A DNA stretch of 62,844 nucleotides, the filler included, from Octopus bimaculoides (Eukaryota), in the NCBI RefSeq assembly GCF_001194135.2. It is 3 parts of 3 records of this genome, joined end to end, with 100 filler letters (N's around TTAATTAATTAA, not from the genome) between each part and the next. Parts side by side here need not be neighbours in the genome. Positions count along the whole stretch, not along the records: positions 11,654 to 38,244 come from NC_068981.1; 2 more parts are not named here. One strand, written 5' to 3'. Of this stretch, positions 25,105-37,460 are shown one piece after another. Position 1 is the stretch's first letter, and each line of letters opens with the position of its first letter. Both the position numbers and the translations under genes were made by a program. Under the pieces are notes generated by a model that worked only from the letters and a program-made list of their open reading frames with translations, had not been told where the DNA came from and did no database searches.

Positions 25105-25530
25105 GGTGAAGAAATTTAAACAAAAACTGAATTTTAGGAATTGAGTTGGTGGAACGGGTGATCGCCAAGCCAGAAGGGTTGAATGAAAGTGTGTGAAAAC
25201 AAAGGCACAGTGGATATAAAACTTGGATTGATAGGTAAATGCATTTCTCAACTGGTTACAAATCAGAGTTGTTAAGGCGAGAGCTTTAAATTATGACAAT
25301 TATGACAAGGAGAGAAACAGAAAGGTAGATAGGCGCAATAAATCAACCATAAATAGAATCACTGTTACGAAAGACAGGTTAACGAAACGTGGGAAAGTGT
25401 GAAGGGATGGCGGTATACGGGCTGAAGCAAAGTAGCATATTTAGGGGAAGGGGAACTTCATATGCAGCAGATTTAGGGAAAGGGAACTTCATATGCAAAC
25501 AAATTACACCGATACATAGTTATACACGCA
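25105..25530 (+). repeat. Left arm of a long inverted repeat
   Basis: Reverse complement of 26410-26805; roughly 90% identical by eye. Confidence 0.95.
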
Positions 25531-26040
25531 CGCACACACTATAGACAAACATACATACATAATACATACATGCATACACACACACACACGCATGCACACA
25601 TGCGCGCGCACGCACACACACAAGTGCGCACTCGCGCACTCGCGCGCACACGCACACACACAGTCTGATGATCAGGAACGCGAATTTCGAACATCTAGAT
25701 ATGAAGTTCCAGCTACAGTAACTATATGTGTATGTATATATGCATATATATATANNNNNNNNNNNNNNNNNNNNNNNNNNNNNNNNNNNNNNNNNNNNNN
25801 NNNNNNNNNNNNNNNNNNNNNNNNNNNNNNNNNNNNNNNNNNNNNNNNNNNNNNNNNNNNNNNNNNNNNNNNNNNNNNNNNNNNNNNNNNNNNNNNNNNN
25901 NNNNNNNNNNNNNNNNNNNNNNNNNNNNNNNNNNNNNNNNNNNNNNNNNNNNNNNNNNNNNNNNNNNNNNNNNNNNNNNNNNNNNNNNNNNNNNNNNNNN
26001 NNNNNNNNNNNNNNNNNNNNNNNNNNNNNNNNNNNNNNNN

Positions 26041-26380
26041 GTTCCGGGTTCAGTCCCAGTGCGTAGCACCTTGGGCAAGTGTCTTCTACTATAGCCTCGG
26101 GCTGACCAAAGCCTTGTGAGTGGATTTGGTAGACGGAAACTGAAAGAAGCTTGTCATATATATGTATATGTATATATATATATGTGTGTTTGTGTTTGTC
26201 CCCCAACATCGCTTGACAACCGATGCTGGTGTGTTTACGTCCCCGTAACTTAGCGGTTCGGCAAAAGAGACCGATAGAATAAGTACTAGGCTTACAAAGA
26301 ATAAGTCCTGGGGTCAATTTGCTCGACTAATGGCGCTGCTCCAGCATGGCCGCAGTCAAATGACTGAAACAAGTAAAAGA
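26041..26380 (+). mobile_element. SINE family B, near-consensus (head lies in the gap)
   Basis: gttccgggttcagtccc..ccttgggcaagtgtcttc..ccagcatggccgcagtcaaatgactgaaac. Confidence 0.92.
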
Positions 26381-26409
26381 GAGATATATGCATGTATGTG
26401 TCTATACGT

Positions 26410-26805
26410 GTGTATAACTGTGTATCGGTGTAATTTGTTTGCATATGAAGTTTCATTTCCTTAAATCTGCTGCCTTGCTTCAGCCCGTATACCGCCATCC
26501 CTTCATACTTTCCCGTGATTCGTTAACCTGTCTTTTGTAACACTTACTTTATTTATGGTTGTTTGATTTATTGCGCCTACCTACCTTTCTGTTTCTCTCC
26601 TTGTCATAATTGTCATAATTTAAAGCTCTCGCCCTAACAACTCTGATTTGTAACTACTTGAGAAATGTATTTACCTATCAATCCAAGTTTTATATCCATT
26701 GTGTCTTTGTTTTCACACACTTTCATTCAACCCTTCTGGCTTGGCGATCACCCGTTCCAGCAACTCAATTCCTAAAATTCAGTTTTTTGCTTTAGTTTCT
26801 TCACC
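26410..26805 (-). repeat. Right arm of the long inverted repeat
   Basis: Reverse complement of 25105-25530. Confidence 0.95.
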
Positions 26806-26874
26806 TTTAGATGCAGAGCTAAAATGATGAAAAGTTACACTCCACAATCCTCTTGGCAAACCAGGCTCAAAAGA

Positions 26875-26975
26875 GCAGTACTGTTGCCGATTCATTCGCC
26901 AAAAGAAATTCAAGGTGGTGCCCCAGCATGGCCGCAATCTAATGACTGAAAGAAGTAAAAGATAAAAGATAAATG
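26875..26975 (+). mobile_element. SINE family B, 3' end
   Basis: aaggtggtgccccagcatggccgcaatctaatgactgaaa. Confidence 0.8.
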
Positions 26976-27199
26976 NNNNNNNNNNNNNNNNNNNNNNNNN
27001 NNNNNNNNNNNNNNNNNNNNNNNNNNNNNNNNNNNNNNNNNNNNNNNNNNNNNNNNNNNNNNNNNNNNNNNNNNNNNNNNNNNNNNNNNNNNNNNNNNNN
27101 NNNNNNNNNNNNNNNNNNNNNNNNNNNNNNNNNNNTATATACATACATACATGAATACATGCATACTTATACAGACACAGACAGACACAGACACAGACA

Positions 27200-27258
<59 letters not shown>

Positions 27259-27599
27259 CATATATATGTGGAAATAATTGTGCTAGGTGTTGACCTTTGT
27301 GTCGACATTGTGTTTGGTGACTTAATTGTTATCTATGTCGCTATATACATCTGTTGTTATGGATAAATCCACACCCCACCTCGCTTCTACTTCCCACTGA
27401 TCGCCTCGTATCTCTCAGGTATTTATATAAGATGCAATATGAGATGCATGAATGTATGTAATTCGTATTTTGACTCTGTCTGAAGATATGTTCGATATAT
27501 CTCTTTAAATTGCGTTTATAATATGACATCCTCAATTATGAAACACCGAAACATGCGTAGCATATAAAATAAAACACGCTTCGTGTTTTTTCTTATATG

Positions 27600-28481
27600 C
27601 AGGATGCGCTGAATATATTGTCGTCTAAATTACGCAAAAATGAAAATAACACCGACATCTCATTTTAACAGATATATTTATCAAAATTACATAAAAATAG
27701 CTTGAAATATTACAGAGTAAATTTATTCATAAAATCGCCATTGGCTTCGATCATGGTCTGCAGACGACTTTGGAATCTCCTGCAACTCTTATGGATGGTC
27801 TCTTTGTTTAAGTTGGTGAATGCTGCCATAATCCTTGCCTTCAGTTCATCTTTGGTGTTGCAAGGAGTTTTGTTGCTCTCTCGCTCAACTACGCCCCAAA
27901 CATAATAATCAAGGGGGTTGCAGTCTGGGGAGTTAGGTAGCCAGATGTTAGGCTTGATGTGGTCGCAGAAATTGTCTAACAGCCATGGCTGGGTTCTCCT
28001 GCTTGTGTGGTATAGTGCAGAGTCCTGTTGCCAAACATAGAGTCTTCCAGCAGTCACCCTCTTGACCGACCCAGGGCAGCACTACTTCCTCCAGGCACTT
28101 GATGTAGGCCTCCGTGTGGAGTCTGAGGCCATGTGGGAAGATGAAACCGTCGCCATCACTAGTGATCACTCCAAACACCATGATGTTGATTGGCTGTTTG
28201 ATTTTTATCACTCTCGGTACATGCTTTGGGGACATGGCAAGCAAAAAGTTGTTCTCTGTGTTCACTATCTGTTCGTATTGGAGCTCCCGGCGAGAATGCG
28301 AAGCAATACAGCATGTCGTTTCCAAATTTTTGGCAGAATGAATCGCGTCATGGTGCTGTTTTTCTTACAGACGGTGCCCAACTGACCATATTATACTGTG
28401 TAGTTGACAAAATCAAAAACAAACAATGCGCATGCGCGAAATTAAAATTATAAAACGGTGACAAGTTATCCATCGCACCCT

Positions 28482-28482
<1 letters not shown>
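27600..28482 (-). mobile_element. Internally deleted maT (DD37D) Tc1/mariner element, 883 bp
   Basis: Imperfect TIRs CAGGATGCGCTGAATA and TTATCCATCGCACCCTG+TA; QQD..WLPNSPDCNPLD with 37 residues between the Asp residues; N-terminal region joined to a mid-catalytic region, with frameshifts. Confidence 0.9.
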
Positions 28483-28543
<61 letters not shown>

Positions 28544-28691
28544 GCAGGGTGCGATGGATAAATATACAAAATGAAAACAAAATAATGATAAATGCAAACA
28601 AAAATAAAAACAACAAATGTCAAAAGGAACGTACACAGTGAATGTATTAGGTTGATGCTTAGTTTAAAATGGAAAATAGAAGAGGTGGTCT

Positions 28692-28718
28692 GACGTTTCG
28701 AGCACGGCTCTTTGTCAG
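28692..28718 (-). ncRNA. Minimal hammerhead-like motif (core G8>A)
   Basis: Reverse complement CTGACAA-A-GAGC-CGT-GCTC-GAAAC-GTC. Confidence 0.45.
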
Positions 28719-28965
28719 AAAGAAGAAAGACGAATGGTCCAGAGAGAAGGAAAAGAATAGTTCGAGGAAAGCATGTGTGGCTGCATAAACACATACACAC
28801 ACATACATATGTACAGACAACCGCAAAGCCTCATGCAAATTTGCCTACTGTCATAAAGATAAAAGTACTTTTTAACAATCTGCCGAACTTGGTATTATTA
28901 TAAAATTTAATGCAGCAAATAACGCTGTAATTAACTTCCCCTTCAAAATACCAAAGCGCCAAATA

Positions 28966-29878
28966 CGAGGTGGTATCAAAAGGTTCCCGGACTAATAAAA
29001 ATGACCAATAAAAAATAACTTATTTACCTAAGTTTTAACATCATCTCCTTCGAAATAGTCACCTTGCGCAGCAATACACCGGTCCCAGCGCTCCTGCCAC
29101 TTTTGGAATCCAGCCTGGAAGTCATTTTCCGTAAGCGAGTCGAGGACCTTCCACGCTTCGCTCTCGATCTCAACAACGGTGTTAAAACGGCGACTTTTGA
29201 GCTGCATTTTCATCTTTGGGAAGAGATGGAAGTTCGCAGGAGCTAAATCTGGTGAATAAGGCGATGCGGAAGCAATACAATGTTGTTTTTGGCGAGAAAC
29301 TCACGAGTGAGGAGAGCTCGGTGATAGGGTGCATTGTCGCCGCGAAGAATCCAATTCTTCGTACTCCACATATCCGGTTGCTCTCGTTGAATGCCCTCCC
29401 TCAAACGCTTCAAAACACCGCAGTAGAACTCTCGATTGACGGTCTGACCCTGGAGAACGAATTCTCGGTGCACAATACCACATTTCCAGGAGTGACGCTC
29501 GTGGCAGCTCTTCCAGATCGCTCATCGTCTTTAAGGGACGTTCTTCCGCTTTTGAAGCACAAGTACCATCCGAAACATTGCGTACGACCCATTGCCTCAT
29601 CGCCGTAAGCTTGCCGAAGCATGCTCAATGTCTCTGTAGCAGAGTTCTTAAGTTTAACGCAAAATTTCACGTTGGCTCTTTGTTCCTGTCCATAACAGAC
29701 TACAGCATACACGTGATCACAAAACACAAATTTCACAACTTGCGAAGTAAACACAGCGATGTCGCTCGGCACAGTGCCTCACGAAGGTCACTGCTAGCTC
29801 TCACTGCGCACGCAACAATGTGTTGTTATCTTTTGGCGCGCTACAGAACTAGTCCGGGTATTTTTTGATACCACCTTC
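28966..29878 (-). mobile_element. Internally deleted mariner (DD34D type, third D>N), 913 bp
   Basis: TA-flanked TIRs CGAGGTGGTATCAAAA..CCGGACT; EQRANVKFCVKL..DDERSGR HTH fused directly to GIVHREF; DNAPYH..YSPDLAPAN. Confidence 0.93.
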
Positions 29879-30262
29879 TAAATTTCCGCAGAGCGGGTGA
29901 GAAGAGTCATTTAACTGTGGTTTGATTTATATCGTAGCTTTTCCAAGTAGCTCTCTATTCAACGTCCTGAAAAAAAAAGTTAACAACCGGTTCTCATTGG
30001 CAAAAACACGCTAACAGCCACTGTGTTCGCGTGTGTATGTGTGTCTGCACGAAATCATCCAATATGTGTGTGTATGTTTATGTGTATATACGTGCGTACA
30101 CATACATATATATACATAGTTGCTTTCGTTTGCGCAGGAACACTAACACACACACACACGCACATACACACACCACACACGCGCACACACACACACATAC
30201 ACGCATGTATATGAGGAGAGGAAGAAAGGACAGTCAGACAGACTGACATAGATAGAGATAGA

Positions 30263-30295
<33 letters not shown>

Positions 30296-30492
30296 TGCGT
30301 GTGACAAGACTGATCGATACATTTTTGTGAATAGACAAAGACTTGTTTGCATTTTATCACATTCTATACAGGCACATTTTGAAGCATGCAGATGTGTATA
30401 TACATTTATGCACTACTGTATACTATTAATGCAATCAATAAAACACACCATTCGTCTAGTTTCCTTCTCTTTCTTTACCCACTGTTTCAATT

Positions 30493-30551
<59 letters not shown>

Positions 30552-31304
30552 CTGTCTATCCATCTGTCTATATATATATCTGTCTTTCTATCTATTGTCT
30601 GACTGACTACCTACTTTCCCATCCCCACTTACCTACCTAACAATGTACTTCTGTCCCAACCTACCTACCTACCTACCTACCTACCTACCTAACTGTCTGT
30701 CTGTTTGTCTGTCTGCCTATCTACCTACCCACATGCATACATGCATAATACATATACATACATACGTACATACATACACACACATACATACATGCATACA
30801 TATATACATGCATACATACATACATATATACATACATACATACATACATACATACATACATACATACACATACATATATACATTCATTCATACAGACGTA
30901 TATAAATGTATTAAAATCGAAAATTTGACTTACTAAACACAGTGATTAACTTTCTCTTCAAAACACAATCGAGAGCTAGCATTAAATCACCAGCTGTTTG
31001 ATGACCAAAGAATATTACCCCTGATTTAAATGATTTTGGCAATCGGAGATTTCCTCTTACATCACTTTCCAATACCAGTATTAATATCAATATCAACATT
31101 TAACATATTCGACTAGTCTACAAAGGAGACTCACTCCATAGATGTAAAGGCCTGAAAGATACTGACAGTAAATTGAAACTTCCACACAAAAACAGTGATA
31201 TTGACGGGTTCTACTTCTGAAGAAAAACCAAAGGAAGAAGCCAAAGATCAGTGAAGATAGATTTGTGTGTCGTATGTTATTACTTAGGCAATTCCGGTTA
31301 AATA

Positions 31305-31520
31305 ATCCCTTCTATTATAGAAAAAAGGCCTGAAATTTGGGGGGGGGGGGCTAGTCGATTACATCGACCTTAGTGCGTGACTGATACTTATTTCATCGAT
31401 CCCGAAAGGGATCAAAGGCAAAGTCGACCTCGGCGGAATTTGAACTCAAAACGTGAAGACGGACGAAATACCGCTAAGCATTTTGTCCGGCGTGCTAACG
31501 ATGCTGCCAGCTCACCGCCT
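31305..31520 (-). mobile_element. SINE family A
   Basis: Reverse-complement match to the family consensus. Confidence 0.92.
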
Positions 31521-31559
31521 CAATTCCGGCTAAATAGTGGCAGCAAACCTATACACAAG

Positions 31560-31800
31560 ATCCTACGGGACCTTGCTACAGTGTGGTGGCTTATATGCCT
31601 CAATGTGACCGCAAGCTCTTGGTAGGGCTTCCACGCTGGGCAGATCAAAGAATAGAGGCTAGACTAATATGGCCCACCTCTTCTCAGAGGTAAAAATAGA
31701 TTTGCGTTGGGCCAACATCCCTGCCCAGAAAAAGAAAAAAGCACAGTTACTGAAGCATCGATGGTAATTCAAAACCACAAGACCTGAGAGAGGAAACTGC
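31560..31800 (+). mobile_element. 5' part of an RTE-derived repeat (related to 37075-37260)
   Basis: Shared gtagggct..ctaatatgg..cagaggtaaaaat..gaagcatcgatg. Confidence 0.55.
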
Positions 31801-31841
31801 TGGCCTTGTGCCAAAAGTTATTATCTTTATTATTATTATTA

Positions 31842-31883
<42 letters not shown>

Positions 31884-31885
<2 letters not shown>

Positions 31886-32214
31886 GAGTGAGAGAGCAGT
31901 GCATGCCACCAAAGTAACACTGGGGTGAAATATACGAAGCCCAGTATACCCATCATGACTACCTACCTGATAAGGGTACACCAGGTGCATGCATCACAAC
32001 CATATGTGCGCGACATGGTGATCCCATATTAAGATAAACAGCGCATGGCCTTTGCAGGTGGGGCCCAGTTAGAATTTTCTTCACGCCCATCTCGCTCAAA
32101 ACATCCCTGAATAAGGTTTGTTTAAGGATGTTGAACGAAGCACCCATGTTTCCGGAGGTGAATTATTTAAACCCTAAAGAATTCCTCCCAACATATGGCT
32201 ATGATACTCCCCAC

Positions 32215-32215
<1 letters not shown>
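31884..32215 (-). mobile_element. SINE-like family E with (AAT)n tail
   Basis: Discrete element starting AGTGGGGAGTATCATAGCC and ending ctctctcactcaataataat; both ends lie within (TAA)n arrays. Confidence 0.65.
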
Positions 32216-32307
<92 letters not shown>

Positions 32308-32308
<1 letters not shown>

Positions 32309-32500
32309 GCGAGCTGACAGAATCGTTAGCACGCCGGGTAAAATGCTTAGCGGCATTTCGTCCGTCTTTACGTTCTAAGTTCAAAATCCACCGAGGTTGA
32401 CTTAGCCTTTCATCCTTTTGGGGTCGATGAAAAACTGGGGTCGAAGTAATCGACTAGTCTCCTCCCCCAAAATTTCAGGCCTCATGCCTTTAGTAGAAAG
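32308..32500 (+). mobile_element. SINE family A, full length, followed by (ACT)n
   Basis: Near-consensus match. Confidence 0.93.
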
Positions 32501-32501
32501 G

Positions 32502-32545
<44 letters not shown>

Positions 32546-34309
32546 ATAGGCCCCAGTATAGAAGAAGTAGTGCAGTGCTGGGCAAAATACCTTCTAGTAT
32601 TGGAATACACCCCCTTTTATAATCTAATCTAAAATCTAATTTAAAATCCCACTGGGCTGACTTACCTTTACTTTTTCTTTATTCAGAGGTACCCTACTGG
32701 GTAGCACATTTAAACCTCATCAGCTAAGAATATGTAGTTGAAACTAGAAACCACAAAGTGGGTCTTGAGCGTAAAGTCGGAGCGCACTTTCTCTTCCATA
32801 ACACGAACGTATCTGTTTGGGGCTTTATTAACTGCTTTTTTCTCAGTCACACACAATCACTAGTTTACTGCGACTCTGGTTGTTATTTTCTTTATTTAGA
32901 AGGAATGTACATGAAAACAATTTCAAGGCTCGACAGACAGACAAACAGACAGACAGACAAACAGACAGACAAACAGACAGACAAACAGACAGACAGACAC
33001 AGACAGACAGACAGACAGACAGACANNNNNNNNNNNNNNNNNNNNNNNNNNNNNNNNNNNNNNNNNNNNNNNNNNNNNNNNNNNNNNNNNNNNNNNNNNN
33101 NNNNNNNNNNNNNNNNNNNNNNNNNNNNNNNNNNNNNNNNNNNNNNNNNNNNNNNNNNNNNNNNNNNNNNNNNNNNNNNNNNNNNNNNNNNNNNNNNNNN
33201 NNNNNNNNNNNNNNNNNNNNNNNNNNNNNNNNNNNNNNNNNNNNNNNNNNNNNNNNNNNNNNNNNNNNNNNNNNNNNNNNNNNNNNNNNNNNNNNNNNNN
33301 NNNNNNNNNNNNNNNNNNNNNNNNNNNNNNNNNNNNNNNNNNNNNNNNNNNNNNNNNNNNNNNNNNNNNNNNNNNNNNNNNNNNNNNNNNNNNNNNNNNN
33401 NNNNNNNNNNNNNNNNNNNNNNNNNNNNNNNNNNNNNNNNNNNNNNNNNNNNNNNNNNNNNNNNNNNNNNNNNNNNNNNNNNNNNNNNNNNNNNNNNNNN
33501 NNNNNNNNNNNNNNNNNNNNNNNNNNNNNNNNNNNNNNNNNNNNNNNNNNNNNNNNNNNNNNNNNNNNNNNNNNNNNNNNNNNNNNNNNNNNNNNNNNNN
33601 NNNNNNNNNNNNNNNNNNNNNNNNNNNNNNNNNNNNNNNNNNNNNNNNNNNNNNNNNNNNNNNNNNNNNNNNNNNNNNNNNNNNNNNNNNNNNNNNNNNN
33701 NNNNNNNNNNNNNAGAGAGAGAGAGAGAGAGAAAGAAAGAGAGAAAGAAAGAGAGAAAGAGAGAGAGAGAAAGAGAGAGAGAGAGGGAGAGAGAGAGAGA
33801 GAGAAAGAGAGGAGATGATATTTAAGATCCATTGGTTCTCTGATAGACCAACAACAATCATGGTGAGACAAAGGTATAAACTTCAAGATATTAAGTGAAA
33901 ATGTTGTTTAATATCAAATAGGCCTGATCGAAAAGATCTATTATCCGTGACAATCCAGCCATGATTATCCCGTCGTTTCTTTTTAAACGTAATATATATG
34001 CTATTTAAAAATGTTATTGTGCATTCTGGGTCAAGATAATCGAAAATGTGTATTTATAATAAAAACTAAATGAAGTCCTTGCTGAACAATGCTTAATATT
34101 GATTTATAAAAAAATATTTATTTCGGTTGAAATTAGGATATGTATCTTTGTACGAATATTGTATCATTGCGGTTTCAACTGGTGTACTCATGTTACAACC
34201 ACGATACCATTTAACTGTTTCACAGTTACAACAAACAGAATGATCTATTAGTTTTATAAGTGATAACCACACTCAGTTGTTAGAAATCATCAACGTTGAT
34301 TGGGAATAT

Positions 34310-34525
34310 TGGTTTCAAATGTTGGCTCAAGGCCAGCAACTTCGAGGGAGAGGTAAGTCGATTATATCGACCCCAGTACTCAACTGGTACTTTATTTTTA
34401 TCGACCCCGAAAAAATGAAAGGTAAAGCTGACCTCGGCGGAATTTGCACTCAGAACGTAAAGACGGACGAAATACTGCTAAGCATTTTCCCCAGCGTATT
34501 CACAATTCCGCCAGCTCACCGCCTT
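34310..34525 (-). mobile_element. SINE family A
   Basis: Reverse-complement match to the family consensus. Confidence 0.9.
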
Positions 34526-34704
34526 AGTGATTGAGAATATTAAGCCTATTTTTTTTATCTTGCTCTTATGCTTATACTTTCTGATATTATCTATCACAAA
34601 TTGGTCTTCAATACAGATTGTTAACAGCCTTTTGGTTTAACCATCATCTGTATTACAATTTTTGTGCTTTCCTACGAAGAAAAATATATAAATCTAAATA
34701 TATA

Positions 34705-35100
34705 GACGCAGGTGTGGCTATGTGGTAAGAAGTTTGCTTCATAACCATATGGCTCCAAGTTCAGTTTTATAGCATGGCACCTTGGGCAAATGTCTAGTAT
34801 TATTGCCTCGGGCTGACCAAAACCTTGTGAGTGGATTAGGCAGACTGAAACTGAAAGAAGCCTATCGTATATATATATGTATGTGCGTATATGTGTCTCT
34901 TTGTGTCTGTGTTTCTCCTCCCCTACTTGATAACCGGTCTTGGTGTGTTTACGTCCCCGTTATAAGCGGTTCGGCAAAAAGTGATCGTCAGAATTAATGC
35001 CAGGCTTTAAAAAAACACTGGGGTTGATTCGTTGGACTAAAATTCAAGGCAGTGCCTCAGCATGGCCGCAGTCTGATGACTGAAAGTAAAAGATTAAAGA
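34705..35100 (+). mobile_element. SINE family B, full length
   Basis: A-box tggctatgtggt, B-box-like agttcagtt, CCTTGGGCAA central motif, conserved 3' end. Confidence 0.92.
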
Positions 35101-35444
35101 ATATATATATATATATATATATTGGTGACATTTTCGAATGGCTGCTGACGAAGAAAGTTAAATGTTATTCATGAATTAAACTTTGCCTATATCACTTGTT
35201 ATGCATTTGTGCATCGACTACATATAAGTTGTCTATTTTATGTTTCTGCATTTTAAGTCATACCTACTTTTTATAATCATAAAACCATACAGTAGACTCT
35301 GGTTTATCTTAGCTGCGTTAAAATATATTTCAAACCTTGTGGTCAATACAGCACCGTTATATTTAACATTTTGTGGGCATAGATTGAGAACTTCGCTGCA
35401 CGGCATATAGGATAAGTGTTTCCTACCATTAACTCAACCATTAG

Positions 35445-35760
35445 ACTGAGGCCATGCTGGGGCACCACCTTGAAGGGTTTGGTCGAGTAAATCAACATCA
35501 GAACTTCTTTTTAAAGTTTGGTACTATTCTATTGGCCACTTTTTGCCGACTCGCTAAATTACAGAGACGTAAACAAACCAAAACCAGTTGTCAAGTGGTG
35601 GTGAAGGACAAACACAAAGACACTTCTCACACATATATACACGGCAGGTTTCTTTCAGTTTCCGTCTATCAAATTCACTCACAAGGCTTTGGACGACTTG
35701 GAGCTATAGTAGCAGACACTGAGCCAAGAGCCATATGGTTATGATGCCAACTTCTCACAG
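35445..35760 (-). mobile_element. SINE family B, inverted relative to the copy at 34705
   Basis: Reverse-complement match to the family B body and 3' end. Confidence 0.88.
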
Positions 35761-35769
35761 ACACGTATA

Positions 35770-35811
<42 letters not shown>

Positions 35812-36220
35812 GTGTCTGTATGTGTATATGTATGTACGTGTGTACGTGTCTGTATGCGTGTGGGCATGGATGTAAGTATGTTTGTGGACAATTCTATACA
35901 CCTCTGTAATAAGCTTAAGGTATAAAATCACTAAAAGGGATGTAACCATTTAAGAGAGACGTAACTTGGTAATCTCAGTCATTCAAAAAAATGAACAGCA
36001 GCTTAATATAAATGGCTGAAAATAAAAATCAATTTTGAAAGCATTTCCTCAGAATTATTATAGTCAAAGGACTGAGACATGTAAAAGAGTAAATAGCAAA
36101 TGAATATAACATTTCAGATCTTCATAAATAAGGTTTTACCCTCTCCAGTTTCATATGCAATGATCGTTGTGCTTAGCATACATATGTGACTCGTAGCTGA
36201 ATTTGGTGCTTTTATAATAA

Positions 36221-36530
36221 ACTAGCACTATAGCCCGGCTTCGCACGGGATGAAGTTAAGATTACCTGAGTAATACCATCAATTGAGGCAAATTTGATAC
36301 CCGGACGTAAGTTTTGTAAGAAGAATAGAGAGAGCTATCTTCTCCCGCAGAGATGTGAGAGTCAGATCTATCCTTTCGAAAACATGAACAGTTTCGTAAC
36401 ATTGTTTACAAAATAATAGCTGATCATTTGCGAAGGAGCGTGTCTACTCGCTATGAGTAGAGCAACGGATTCAGCAAATTTGGAAATTAGTTGTGGAGAA
36501 ACGGAGAATATCGTTTATATTATGTGTCAC
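36221..36530 (+). mobile_element. Possible non-autonomous Helitron-like element
   Basis: Starts ACTAGC..CCCGGCTTCGCACGGG, a terminal hairpin pattern typical of invertebrate Helitron-derived elements; other end not seen (gap). Confidence 0.4.
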
Positions 36531-36896
36531 TTACNNNNNNNNNNNNNNNNNNNNNNNNNNNNNNNNNNNNNNNNNNNNNNNNNNNNNNNNNNNNNNNNNN
36601 NNNNNNNNNNNNNNNNNNNNNNNNNNNNNNNNNNNNNNNNNNNNNNNNNNNNNNNNNNNNNNNNNNNNNNNNNNNNNNNNNNNNNNNNNNNNNNNNNNNN
36701 NNNNNNNNNNNNNNNNNNNNNNNNNNNNNNNNNNNNNNNNNNNNNNNNNNNNNNNNNNNNNNNNNNNNNNNNNNNNNNNNNNNNNNNNNNNNNNNNNNNN
36801 NNNNNNNNNNNNNNNNNNNNNNNNNNNNNNNNNNNNNNNNNNNNNNNNNNNNNNNNNNNNNNNNNNNNNNNNNNNNNNNNNNNNNNNNNNNNNNNN

Positions 36897-36952
<56 letters not shown>

Positions 36953-37074
36953 AACTCAGCTTTACAATATGTACTGATATATTTGAAATTCTTGATGATA
37001 CCACCGAATAATGGTTTTAGAATAATATTGTTTTTACTGAAGTGCAGATATCTAGTCCTTGTTACTGTGTGATG

Positions 37075-37460
37075 GCTTGTGTGTCTCAGTGATTGAGAGC
37101 TATGCTAGCTGAGTGTAAGCTCCTTGTAGGGCTGCTCATGCAGGACAGGTCAAAGGATAGAAGCCAGGCTAATATGGGCTACGTCTTCCCAGAGGTAAAA
37201 ATGGGTTTGCAAAGGGGCGATACCTCTACCTAAAAAAATGCAGAAGCATCGATGACAATTCACAATCAAGAGGTTTCGGGAGATGTTGGCATTCTCCACT
37301 GGGAAAACATGCCCTAATCTGGAATCTACATAGGATGCGGATGAGAGAACACCCTAGAATTGGCTGGAGGTGGGACACTAGGTAAGGAAGCGGTCAGTCC
37401 AGAATCGAGAACAGTCGAGAAAAGTCGTCGATGGGCCAAGCTCCTTAGAGAACGAATAAC
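37075..37460 (+). mobile_element. Non-autonomous RTE-derived element (5' UTR-like part joined to an RTE 3'-end-like part)
   Basis: 5' part shared with 31560; 3' part translates to LIWN..HPRIGWR..SVQNREQSR, resembling RTE C-termini (ALTWNP.G.R.RGRP..W..AQDR..WR). Confidence 0.5.

Noticed and set aside
25664-25705. CTGATGA suggesting a hammerhead
   Set aside because: No GAAA and no consistent stems follow
32690-32725. Minus-strand CTGATGA-GGT..ACC as a hammerhead
   Set aside because: Followed by TCTGAAT rather than GAAA; no stem I or III
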